Shown: positions 37,146 through 48,649 of the stretch, piece by piece
Numbering within the stretch: the first letter of the stretch is position 1
Layout of the letters: each line of letters opens with the position of its first letter
NCBI GenBank assembly: GCA_028534125.1
Contig: CM052818.1
Span: forward strand, 36,768,001 to 36,832,000
DNA from: Lama glama
Lineage: Eukaryota
Length of the DNA: 64,000 nucleotides
Direction of reading: 5' to 3'
The notes under the pieces: model-generated
Database searches by the model: none
The model's input: only the letters and a program-made list of their open reading frames with translations
What the model was told of the DNA's origin: nothing
Translations under genes and position numbers: made by a program

Positions 37146-37860
37146 CAACACACAAATGCAGTTCCTTTTGTCATTAACCCAGTGCTTGTCCTTTGGAGAA
37201 GACCCAGTAGATGCTGATTTTGCCTTTATCGGCAGCCAGTCCTGGACCCAGGACTGGAAATCCGTCATAGGACATGATTGTAGGACTGTTGTAGAAGAGG
37301 GAAAAGCATCTCTGATTACTGAATGCACAGGTCACTTGGAAGAGTGGACGCCTCATCAGAAACCCTCAGGTCTGAGAGGACATCTGTTTCCAGGAGCGCA
37401 GTGGGTATAAATAGAGCAGGAGCCAGCTTCTCTGCTGGTTCAGTTTTGTGTTTGCTGTTTTGTTTTGCTCACATTTTGCTCTGCTAAAACCATCCCCATT
37501 TGGCATCAAATGCATTAATAAATCCTACATAAGTCACTGTCCCTCCAGTGGCTAATCAATCCATAAAAATCTATTTGGCACCTACTGTGTGTCCTGCATT
37601 TCAACCCCATGGTGTTGATTAAAGCAGGAAGTAAAAAGTCACAGCTGCTGGATTTTCACTGTGGCCACCCTGTTCTGTAGATGTGTCACAAAGGCACACG
37701 CTAATCATTCAGCCAGCCATTTTCGGAGGACCTCCTGCACGCTCAGCCTTGTGCTGGGTGCTTGCTTTCAGGAATACAGGGAAGGTACAAGGTGGTTCAT
37801 ACTCCGCTCATTTTTACCCCTACTGTTCCCCCAAAGGGGCTGAGGCATCCAAATACAAGA

Positions 37861-38176
37861 TAGGAGTCTCCCCCTTATCCACAGTTTCAATTACTTGTGG
37901 TCAACCTCTGTCTGAAGATATTAAATGGAAAATTTGAGAAATAAACAATTCATAAGTTTTAAATTGTGTGCCATTCTGAGTAGCCTGATGAAATCTCGTG
38001 CCATCCTGCCCAAGACATGAATCATCCTCTTGTCCAGTGTATCCATGCTGTGTATACTACCTGCCTGTTAGTGTAGAAAAAAATCCCAGGTCCTATAATG
38101 TTTTGTACTGTCTGCAATTTCAGATATCCACTGGGGGTCTTGGGACATATTCCCTGCAGACAAGGTGAGACTACTG
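37861..38176 (+). mobile_element. MER44A-like MITE (TcMar-Tigger)
   Basis: Starts agtctcccccttatccacag and ends gacaaggtgagactactg followed by TA. Internal aaatggaaaattt..gaaataaacaattcataagttttaaattg matches MER44. Confidence 0.85.
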
Positions 38177-41100
38177 TACTTGCTTCTTGTTCTTGACAGG
38201 GTTAAGGTAACAGTGATTGTTACCAAGAAACAGAACCTGGAGCTTAGTTGTGGGGAAAAGGCTCTAAGTGTTGTGAGCATCTAGGGGATTATCTGTAAGA
38301 GTTGTGCTGGTCAGGATGGCTTCCTGGAAGAGGCAAGTCTCGTACTGGATCTGAAGAGTGAGGAGGTTTCCAGAGGAGGCAGGAGCCCAGACCAGTCGGA
38401 GTAGAAGGCAGTGACCAGGAGGTTAGGGGAGATGGGATCCCTGGACTGGGGAGCTCTTCCCGGTATGATAGTTTCTGAAACACGACATGTTGTTAACAGT
38501 CATTTCCTTTGAGTGAAAATGAAAATGTATTTCCCTTCTTTGTCCAAATCAGTGAAATATCGGATTCTAAGATGCAGAGTGAAATCGGTGGTGTCTTTTT
38601 GGCATTCTCAGTGGCAGGAATTCAGCACCTTTTTTTAGTACCAGCTGTTTGCAGGTGGCAGGAGTGCTAATTAGACGGAGCCACTAGCAATTTTCCTGGG
38701 TGGTTCCGACTCCCAAACTGACAGGAAACACTGCTTGGGCGTTTTAAAAGAGCAGGTTCTACTCTCCCTGTTGATAAAGTGATTCTTCAAACACAGTGGT
38801 CAAAGGAATGGGTTTAGTAGTTGCTTAATACATATTTATTGGGTGTTGAATTGTTCACAGCGACCAAAATTCCTCTTTATTTTTTCCATGTTTAAGAAGG
38901 GCCGGGTATTTCTCTATGAGACAGTATAAAAAGAAGACCCAAGTGATTGGGAGGGTGGTTGTAGGAACATTTAATTTGAGTGTTAGGATTCTTTTGCTCA
39001 CTGAAGCAGGTTTTTTCACTAAAGGGAAAATTCAAGAGACTTTTGAGAGAAGATTGGATCCTCATAGTTCTTTGCATACATATTTTTCGAGCTGTTTTTA
39101 AGAATAAAAGAGGTAACAGGCCTGCCAGTTCCCTGTTTGACTCCAGAATCCACAGGTGCCAGTGACTTTTATCTCCCTCTGAGTTTTCAGGAGAACTTGG
39201 GGCCTGGACCGTGTCATTAGTGGGGTCATCCTACAGCCTTGAATTGGGCCAGAGGCAGGACAAATACTCCGGGGCAGGTGACTGCCTTGTTTGCTCCAGG
39301 ACAGAGACCCTTACACTCTCTGCCCTCTGCCTGGACTCAAGCTGCCCGAGTCTCCCAGTCCACGTGGGCTGTGGGGGAAGCAGAGTAGGACACAGAGGAC
39401 CACCGTGCAGAGCCTTTGGCTGCAAATCTCATTTTCATCAGCTGTTGAATGAACACAGCCAGGTCCAGGCCTCTGTCTCAGGAATTATTGTTTATTCCCA
39501 TATCCCCAAAGCAGAGGCTGCCGGTCCTGTTCACAAGAAAAAGGCAGCCCCACCAGGGAACAAATTCACTATTCTCCCTGAAGACAGAGGTGTTGGGAAT
39601 CGAGCCTCAGGAACTCTCAGAGTTTTAGAGAATTCTCCCTTTGCGGGGCGAAGTATCTATTGGTTTCAGCTGCTTCAGGTCCTTTGAAACATGTGTCCCT
39701 GGATTTCATCTTCATGTTTATCCCCACTAGAATCTGTGAAGCTGTGTGCACTTTCCATGCAGTGGGTCTAAGGGGAAGAATTTGTGAGGTCACACCCAGT
39801 GGAAACATGACTGTCAACACAACACAGAGGCCCTGTCCCCAAGGAGTTGGAGGCAACAGGGAAGAGAAAAGCCATAGGTCCTGAACTCAGGGTACTTAAA
39901 AATAGCCTAAGCCTGTGATAAAATCACCATCTGGTCCAGGTGCATCTTACTATAAGAAAATATGATATATGAAAATTCAAAATAATAGAACAGAAGGATT
40001 TGCTAGTTTACATTACAAAAGGATGCATGAACTGCCTGTAAGTGAAGTTTTCCCCTTTGATATTTAATCTGTGGCTGATTTATTAAACATTCTGTTCATA
40101 TACAACTGGTCAGAAACACATTAATTTATTTTTATTTATTTAGGGCTTGTCACCTACCTGCTTTCAAGATGTCTTGAGCAATTTATAGGTTAAAATGTAG
40201 GGCAAAAGGAGACATTTAGGAATGAAATAGAACAGACAGCACCCAAAGGGAGGAGGTGGGGTTCGAGGCATCAAGCATACAAGATGAATAGGTTCTACAG
40301 TTAGGATCTCTAAGGGAAAAAAGGGCAAATGTGCCAGATTACTTGATTGTATAAAGGAAGGCACATTTGTATCAGGTCATAAAAGATGTCTTGAATAGAA
40401 ACTGCTTTAAAAAATCAGAGACTGTTACAAACGGAAGAATGTAGTATTGAGATAAAAGGTTTCTCTTTTAGACTTCGGAGACAAATGCTAATCGTGTAAA
40501 AGTGTAACACTACAGGCCTGTTCTGTTAACATTTTTCACTCCTTCTAAGCCTTTGAAAAATATTTACCAGTCGATTTCATTTAAAGAACATTTCAATTGT
40601 TTATAGATTTACTTATTGCCAACTCAGGAAAAGGATTGCAAATCATTCACGTTTCCTTGAGGTGGTTGTGAATTTTCCTACAAGACAATAGGTCGGTATC
40701 TTCTAGCTTAAGTCTAAACTCTTGTTATTTTCAGTGTAGCTTTAGGTCAATTTCAAAATTAGAGAGTTTTGGCTAATATAAAATTTCATTAGAAACAACC
40801 AGAACTTAAACATTAGAATAAGCAGGTTTAGAAAAACCTAGGAGGGCTTGGAAAGAGTCAGAGCAATATTTGGAATTGAGATGTTTATATACCAGTCTGC
40901 AAATAGACAAATCCTATTAATGAACTTAAGATTTTAAAAGGGTTGTAGATATGAACTCATCATTATAATCAAGAACGTTTTTCCTGGGAATTAAGATCGA
41001 CATGTGGCAATAGATGTGTATGTGTTGTTCAAAACCAACAGAGATGTTAGTTGGGGGTGGCAGTATATAAAATAATGATGTACTGATGATGAAAATATCA

Positions 41101-41516
41101 GTAATCGCTGATATTGGTTTAACGCTATGTGCCAGATACTGTTCTCAACCTTTAATTTTATTAAAAATAGTTTTTCTTATATTCTTTATAACAAAGGATG
41201 TGGGAACTGATGAATCCTTAGTCTAAAAATTTTAATGCAGACACTTAGAGATGGGGTAGGTGTTCCATCATCAGCAGGGAGTTTGATATGACCCATTGAT
41301 TAGAGGGGAGATGTGGCTGGCTCATTCTGGACACATGTCTCAAAGCCAGAATGGAAGTTGGATGTCGTGTTGTGCCTTTTCACCACCTAAGCATATACCA
41401 GGTACCTCACACTGGTGAGCTCTGGGCATCCCCAGCCGATGGTTGTACCACTCATGCCACTGAAATCTGAGCTAAAGGAGACTGGAAAGTAAGATTAGAA
41501 TGAGACACAACCCAAT

Positions 41517-42014
41517 TGTGTTAGTTATCTATGGCTATAAAACAAATTTCCCCAAACCTTAGCAGCTTAAACAACATTCATTATCTCACTCAGGGCCTAA
41601 GGCTCAGGAGTCCAGGAGCAGCCTAGCTAGGTGGTCTGGCTCAGGATTTCCCATGAAGTTGCAGGGGCCGCAACTAGACATCAGCTGGGGCCGCAGTTAT
41701 CTCAAGGCTCCACTGGGGCTGGAGGACTTGGTTCCAAGCTCACTTTCATGGCTGTGGGCTAGAGGCCCCAGTTCCTTGCCTTGTGGGTCTCTTTACAGTG
41801 CTGTCTCAAGACATGGCAGCTGACTTCTCCCTGAGCAGCAAGTGATCTGGGTGAGGGGGAGTGTGGGAGGGCAAGACAGAAGCTGTAATGTCTTTTATGA
41901 CTGAATCTTGGACAAACAACATAGACCAACGGAGGTTTGATGTGAGAAGGGCCACAAGGCTGTGAATACCAGGAGGTGGGCTCGTGGGAATCATGCTGGA
42001 GGCTGACTAACACA
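41517..42014 (-). mobile_element. MLT1F-like solo LTR (ERVL-MaLR)
   Basis: tgtgttagttatctat...cttagcagcttaaacaaca...tggaggctgactaacaca, with TG...CA ends. Confidence 0.85.
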
Positions 42015-42449
42015 ACAGTCACCTTAGATTCCACGGCTTCCAGAGAGAGGAAGAGTGGTCATGGTAGGAGGTAGTCACTGGATTTCAGGATTTCAGGCTT
42101 CAGAAGGTCCCCAAGAAATCAGAGGACATTACTTGGGACTCCAAAAGAGAAGATGGCTCAAGAACCCTTGTTGATAGAATTCTTAATGTGTGGTTGCCAA
42201 TGCTCTTGGAGAGGAATAGGTGGGAATGGGTGTTGATGAAACCAGAGTGGCTGTTGGAAGGTTCACCTTTGAGTGCAGCTGGCAAAAGGAGAGAAGAGGC
42301 ATAAATGTGGTAGAGTTACACTCACCTAATTAATGCTAATTAATTAAGGCAAAATGGTCAGGATGACAAAAAGCTTTCCTCATCTGACATGAGCAGAATA
42401 TCAAGAAAGGATCTGATTGGTGATTGTGGTAAGATGTCTAAAACTAAGG

Positions 42450-42890
42450 ATTTCTGTGGAGCAAACTCTTACTGGATGCCACTGTATACCAGGCAAAGTG
42501 CCAGGTGCTGAGGATGCAAAGATAATCAAGACAAGGTCGCTGCCCTCGAGAATCTCCCAGTCTAATGGGGAGACACACACCTATGAACAAAGCATGATCA
42601 ATACTGTAATGAGATTCAGTAGAGATAGAACCAGAACCTTAGGAAGGGTCCTGCCAGTGCGATTTGGAGGCAGGTGGCTCGGAGAAAGCTGTGCAGAAGG
42701 GATTACACTTGAGCTGAGTCCGGAAGGATAAGCAGAATTTTGCCAAATGAACAGTAGGAGGAAGGGCAAGGAGAACAAGAATCTCCAAGCACAGGACAGG
42801 CTGGGGTAGCTGCTAGTGGTGCATATGATTGGAGCAGGGTGGAGAGTGCAGGCAGGGCTAAAGCAGAAAGAGGGGCCACTTTACCTTGGA
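42450..42890 (-). mobile_element. L2 fragment
   Basis: ccaggcaaagtgccaggtgctgaggatgcaaagataa...ctgccctcgagaatctcccagtctaatgggga. Confidence 0.75.
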
Positions 42891-42915
42891 GGCTGTGCAC
42901 TGGGGATGCACAGGG

Positions 42916-43507
42916 CAGTGTTGCTCAGAGTGGGGCCCTACATCAGGATCATGTGGGAGGCTGTTTCCTAAGCCTAACTCTATGTCCACATCAGCAGATT
43001 GTTCACCATAACCATTTTCTCTTCTTCCTGGGCTAGACTACACCTCCCAGTGTCCTTTGCAGTAGGACTACAGCTCCCATCCTCCTTTGCTGTTAGACTA
43101 TATTGCCCAGTCTCCTTTACAGTTAGGTGCACTCGTGTCAATGGAATGTGAGTGGAAGTAATATGTACCATTTCCAAATCTGACTCGTTAAAATCTGCCC
43201 TGAATGCTTTCCATGCTCTTTTATCTCTCTCCATGTTGGTGCAGGCAAGTACAAGGATCTTGGAAGCTACATGTTAAAGATGGCAGGGCAACAAAACCCA
43301 GGAAGCCCTGGGTTTCTGAATTTGGGCATTAAGAAAATGAGAAATAAAATTATATTGTGTTTGAGCTGTTTTATTATTTTGGGTTTGTTTGTTTTTGCAG
43401 CTAATGTTACCCTAACTAATACAGCAATTGACTCAGCCTCTGAGAGGGGAAGTCTCTGGAGAATCTGCATTTTAAACAAGTACCTTAAGGAAGTTTGAGA
43501 ATCCCTG
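42916..43507. mobile_element. MER5A-like hAT-Charlie MITE split by an MLT1 LTR (arms 42916-42951 and 43424-43507)
   Basis: Left cagtgttgctcagagtgggg and right aatctgcattttaaacaag...aagtttgagaatccctg resemble MER5A termini. Confidence 0.6.
42952..43423 (+). mobile_element. MLT1H/I-like solo LTR
   Basis: Starts tgtgg, contains aatggaatgtgagtggaagt, ends gagaaataaa...ccctaactaataca. Confidence 0.85.
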
Positions 43508-43669
43508 CTGGAGGCGAAGGGGAATCAGCCACTCATGGGCTTAGAGGAGACCAAGTAATGTGATGCTGTTTGCATTTTAGAATAGCAGGAAGAAAGCAGA
43601 ATTTTACCTCTTTCTTTGTGAAGGAGAACAATCTACTGACTAAAAAGAAAAAGAAAACTGTGGGAAGAG

Positions 43670-44730
43670 AAAATTGAAGTTCAAGATGAGTAAAGAGATT
43701 ATAACAAGCATCAAGCTGCTGTAAATGATCTCAGGTCTCTTGGCCGGGACAAATTACACCCCAGGGAGCAGCAAGAACTCACCATCAAAGCAGTAGAGCC
43801 TCTGCTGATAATCTTTAAGGAACATGGAGAGTGGGAAAGAAAATGGAACGCTGGAGATAGGAAAATACAGCTTTCATTAGTAAAGAGGGGGGACGATTCT
43901 GCAGACTACAAAAGTGGGGGTCTCCTCTACCCTCATTAAGTTGATTATTTAAGGCTGATTTGTGAGCATATGAAATATGAGGAATTCTCTGGAAACCTGT
44001 GTGGCTTCTTTAAGAGCAAGCCACCACAAGCTAACTGTATTCCCAGTTTTGCTATAGACTTGCTAGATTATTATGTCAGGGAATTGTGTTAGCTATGGTA
44101 GAGGCAAAGCATACATCAGCTTGGTATTTGTCAAGGAATCTCATGATAAATTTGTGCACAAGTAATTTCAATTGAAGACTAGTATTTGGGTAATACATAC
44201 CCAAAGATGCTGATCAATGTCAGTATGAAAGTACATTTCCTGTGTTTCCGTGTGATATTTTTATTAGTGATGCATAAGACATAAGTGAGTTAGTTCGTAC
44301 TTAACAGATTTTGAGATGACATGGAGAGAAGACATGGTTGACGTAACAAGGTCTGAAGAATAGGCTTAAGTATTAAGCTGAGTAATGATATGAGATGAAA
44401 CAGACAAATGATAGGATTGAGCATGTGGGTCCCAACAGTAGCTGTGGTCTGAGAGAAAAATACAGGAATATGGCATCAGTCAGCAGGGATGTTCAGCTGC
44501 CCAAGGCTCTGTACAGACTCAGAGCTTAGCTGGGAAGCCTCTGGGATTAGCTGAGACCTGTGTGTGGTTATCTGAAGGGGTGTCAGAAGCAGAGGGGACC
44601 GGGCAGATTTCAGAGGGCCAGATTTCCAGTCCAAGTAGAGAATGAGCTCTCTACAACCATTTCACAGCTGCCCGGAACAGCAGGCCACTCGGAGATAGGC
44701 GCACTTGTCAATGGACGGGACCAAATGGAG
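43670..44730 (+). mobile_element. L3/CR1 LINE remnant (RT region and 3' end)
   Basis: ccgggacaaattacaccccagggagcagcaagaactc encodes DKLHPREQQEL, resembling the CR1 GPD.LHPRVLKEL motif. Further decayed RT-like sequence follows. Confidence 0.7.
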
Positions 44731-44889
44731 GAAGAAAATCCCTTGGTGAGACATCAAGGAAGGGATGAAGGCACCTGATGGGTGTTTGGCCACAAAAAAA
44801 TTGTTAGAGTCCCTCCAAATATTAGTAGCTACTATTACTGGCTCCCTTAACATGTGCCAGGCACAGTGCTGAAGTGGGCTCAAAAATCC

Positions 44890-45402
44890 TGTGTTAGTTT
44901 TCTCTTGCTGCTGTAACAAATTACTACAAAACTAGTGGCTTAAAACAATACAAATCTAATACCTTACAATTCTGGAGGACGGAAGTCCAAAATCAAGATA
45001 TTTGCAGGGCTCACTATGTTTCTTCTGGAAGCTTTAGGGGAGGATCCTTTCCCTTGCCTTCTCCAGCTTCAAGAGGCTGCCTGCATTCCATGGCTTTTGG
45101 CCCCTTCCTCCATCTTCAAGGTTAGCAGTGTAGCATCTTCAACTTTATCTGTCTGTCTGCCTATCTATCTGTCTTCCTCTCTGTTATCATGTCTCCTCTG
45201 CCCTGATCCTCTTACCTTCCTCTCAGAAGGACTCCAGTAATTATATTGGGTTCACCCAGATCATCTAGATTCATCTCCCCATCGCCAGGTCCTTAGCTTA
45301 AGCACATCTGCAAAGTTCCCTTTGCCATGTAAGGTACCATAGTCAGGTTTTGGGGACTGGGATGACAATATCTTTGTTGGGGGTTGTATTCTGTTTACTG
45401 CA
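44890..45402 (-). mobile_element. MLT1C-like solo LTR inserted in a MIR (MIR arms ~44825-44889 and ~45403-45600)
   Basis: tgtgttagttttctcttgctgctgtaacaaattactacaaaactagtggcttaaaacaa...acatctgcaaagttccctttgccatgtaaggta. Confidence 0.88.
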
Positions 45403-46169
45403 AGCCCTTTATCTATTGTCTCATTTAATTTAATCCCTCACTCTCTCGAGTAGTTGGGCACCATTTCCACTTAACAAATGGAAAGTTGGAGCCACGGAAG
45501 AGTGAAGTAACACACTGCACTGCCATGAAACAGTGTGACTGGGATTCAAAGTGGGTTCTGACTCTATAAGACCTGGGATTCTCACCAACCTAACGCTGTA
45601 CTGCGTATGTTACTATCATTCTTAGAGCCATAGTTTTAAGCGCTAATAACTGCTTTTCTTTAATGGTGTTAATTTAGCAGTGACATTTTTGCAGCTTATT
45701 TTTCTAAAATGTCACAAAATTCAGACAATTCTGGCTACCTATGAAGTGTAACTGGCCTCCCCTGCTATCATCTACTAAGCATCCTTGGCTCACAGCTCTT
45801 GCCCCTCCTGAATTTTGTCACCTTGGGCCGTCTCAGCTCCAGGACTTTGGAACAGTGTTATTTTCTGAATTCGGATCTGATCATCTTTGTTGACTAAAGG
45901 TTACATAGCTGTAAGAGTTTGGTTTTAACCCAAAGTAACAGAGTTATCAGGTAGAGTGTAAAAAGATTCAAGAAATGTAGGCTAAAAACCTAGCGATTCA
46001 GTGAGATGACAGGAGCAGCCTGGTGACGATGGCATTTGGGCCATAGGGCGGACATAAAAGTGGCAGTGCCTGGTTGAAGCCCACTTTCCCTGAAACTGGA
46101 GGAGTCTCCTGCTCAGGCCCTCTGTGCTGGAATATTTCTTCCAGCATCTGCGCATCTGCAGGCTTGTCT

Positions 46170-46340
46170 AACCCACTGCAAAGCTGAGGGAGAGACAAGC
46201 CAGTGCCCCATTTTATGGGATGGGGACCCTCAGAGGCTCAGAGCTGTGCTCAAGGTCACATGACCAACTCATGGCAGAGACTAGGCCCAAAATCAAGGAC
46301 CCTGAGTTCTAGTCCTGGCTCTGCCACTAGCTGCTGCTCT
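46170..46340 (-). mobile_element. MIR SINE fragment
   Basis: ccccattttatgggatgggga...gaggctcagag...caaggtcacatgacc. Confidence 0.7.
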
Positions 46341-47474
46341 GGAACAATGAGCATGACAGTGAACATGTCATGTCTTTTCTCTGGTCATCCTTCCAGCAAG
46401 CTCCATCTTGACCATTTGGAAACACAGTATGTCAGCATTGTCCAAACTCCATCTGTAGCCCAGTTCTCATTGTGCTTGGCTGTGCAGGGCTGGGCCCTGG
46501 GTCAAAGCTGAGCTGGATGTGGGTTAAGCACAGCCTGGCTAGAGAGAGGCCTGAGGCACATGTCAGGAGGGATGTCGCTGATGACACCAGGAAGTATTTG
46601 CCAGCAAGAGACTCCATGGGGCACGGGAGGGGCTTGGTTTGGGCTGTAGGCCGTGAGCTGACTGTGATGCTGAGCGGTCGCTGGATGGCAGAAAAGGAGG
46701 GGAAGGACCTCGAGTCTACTGGGTTCAGCTCCTGTTCAACTACTGGTACCCAGTTTACCGTCCCAGAAGGTGGTTTCTAGATGGTTCACACAGCAGTGCC
46801 ATGGCAGCTTTCATCAAGGCTGTGTTGTAAGGTTGGTATTGATTGAGCACCGAGAGTCTAAAAGGGAAGGAAACTAACATTTTTGAGCACCTTGTTCATG
46901 CCAGGTACTCAGCTACAAAAGACAGAAACTGCCCTTACTGAGAACCTAGTTTGTGCTAGGCACTGGCTGGAGGTTTTCACTGACCCTGGGTACAAGGAGT
47001 AATACGACACAATTCCTGCCCTTAGAGAGGTTAAAGTCCACATGTCTGTGGATACTAAGCTTTACTAGACAACATAAGGACTAAACAAAGTGGTAATTAA
47101 TGAAGATAAAAGGAAGTAGCAAGAGTAGCAAGTGAGGAAGTGCTGGGTTTGGGAGTACCAAGGGTCTGTTTTCCTTCCAGAACTCTGGTGTTAAGGCATG
47201 AGAGGTGTTACTTTTAGAACATTTCCCCAAAGGGGACTTGATTTCTTAAAAATAACATTCCACTGCTAACTTGTGTTCGTTCAGTTTGGTTCATTCAGTT
47301 TGTGGTCCACTAGGACTCTTGAATCTTCTTTTCTCCATGCTTGCTTCTAGCTTTTGTGTAGTTGCTATCTTTCCCTGGAATGCTCCCTTCTCAACACTCA
47401 GCATTCCTGCGACAAGATGGGGGGGAACAAAGGAACTCGTTTATTAAATGTTCAATTGATTTTCGTTTTCCCCT

Positions 47475-47612
47475 TTTTTTTCAAAACAGTTTTATTAAGT
47501 TATAACTTACAGACCAAAACATTTACCCATTTTAAGTGTGCAGTTTTAGTAAATTTACGGAGATGTGCAAGCATCACCACAGCCAATTTTAGAATCTTTC
47601 CCTCACCAGAGG
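47475..47612 (-). mobile_element. L1MB-type 3' terminal fragment
   Basis: acagttttattaagttataacttaca...acccattttaagtgtgcag...atcaccacagccaattttagaa. Confidence 0.75.
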
Positions 47613-48649
47613 GAATAATTTAAGGGCACAATACAAGAAATATGGGTTTATTCAACCAACTTGAACATGCATTTCTGAAATTATTATATGTAAAACTGTC
47701 AGCAAATTTTGAGTCACTTCACAGTATACTTACTGCAAAAAAAAGCAAAATGAAGTGGAAGGAAGAACCCCTGTGCTTTAAATCTTAAGAAACTATTATC
47801 CATTTTGCAGATTACTTTGTTAATAAACAAATTATTATAAAAGTAATTATTTTAGAGATGGCAACTGCCATTAGCGAGTACTATGTTGTTGTCTACTGGG
47901 ACTCATAAAAAGTCTTTTTAATTTGCTCTTCAAAAATCACTTATACCCACAAGACCACTTCAGTCAACGAAATAAATCTAGGTATGGGCAAACCTTAGTT
48001 ACCATGGCAAAAACAGCTTTACCTTTTTACCTTTCTCATTTGTTTCCGGTCAGATTGTCTTTCTTCTCCAGAACTCCCTGATTTGTGGAAGGACTTGTCT
48101 AGTGAATCCCATCCCATCCCTTTGCAAAAGTGGCCATTCTTTGGCCTGAAAGGCACCATTCAGTCATTCAGCCCTTCAGGGGTGAAGAGTACACTAAATA
48201 ATGGATGCTTGAATGGTTTCCATTGTAAATACCCATTGGAGAACACTCAAGAGCCAGAAAGTTCAGAATCTCTTGCTGGCTGCTCTGTTTGTTAGATAGA
48301 CCATTGCTTGCGAGGCTTATTGCTCTGATGGGGCTTATATGGGGTCCAAGCTCCTTCCTTCTCATCTCATATTCTACCCTCCTTCTGCTGTAGATCCATC
48401 AAATATACAGAATTATTTATTCCCAAGCAGAAGGGGAATCATTCTTCCAAAAAAGGTATAGGAAGAGCATGATCCTAGGTTGGAAGCTCTGAAAATGCTC
48501 TCCAGTTTTATTTGTGAGAGTATAAAAGGGTTAAACTCTGTGTTGCCGTCTACTGTTTGTGAGAAAGAGACAGATGCCCAGGAATGAACTTGCATCACAG
48601 GCATATTTAGTATTTACTTGTAAGTTACGAACGTTAAGTTATCAAACAT

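Noticed and set aside
43034..43123. CRISPR-like appearance of 30-bp repeats
   Set aside because: The units are contiguous with no spacers and sit inside a mammalian LTR.
47620..48010. AT-rich segment that might be a DNA-transposon remnant
   Set aside because: I could not identify terminal repeats or a family by eye.
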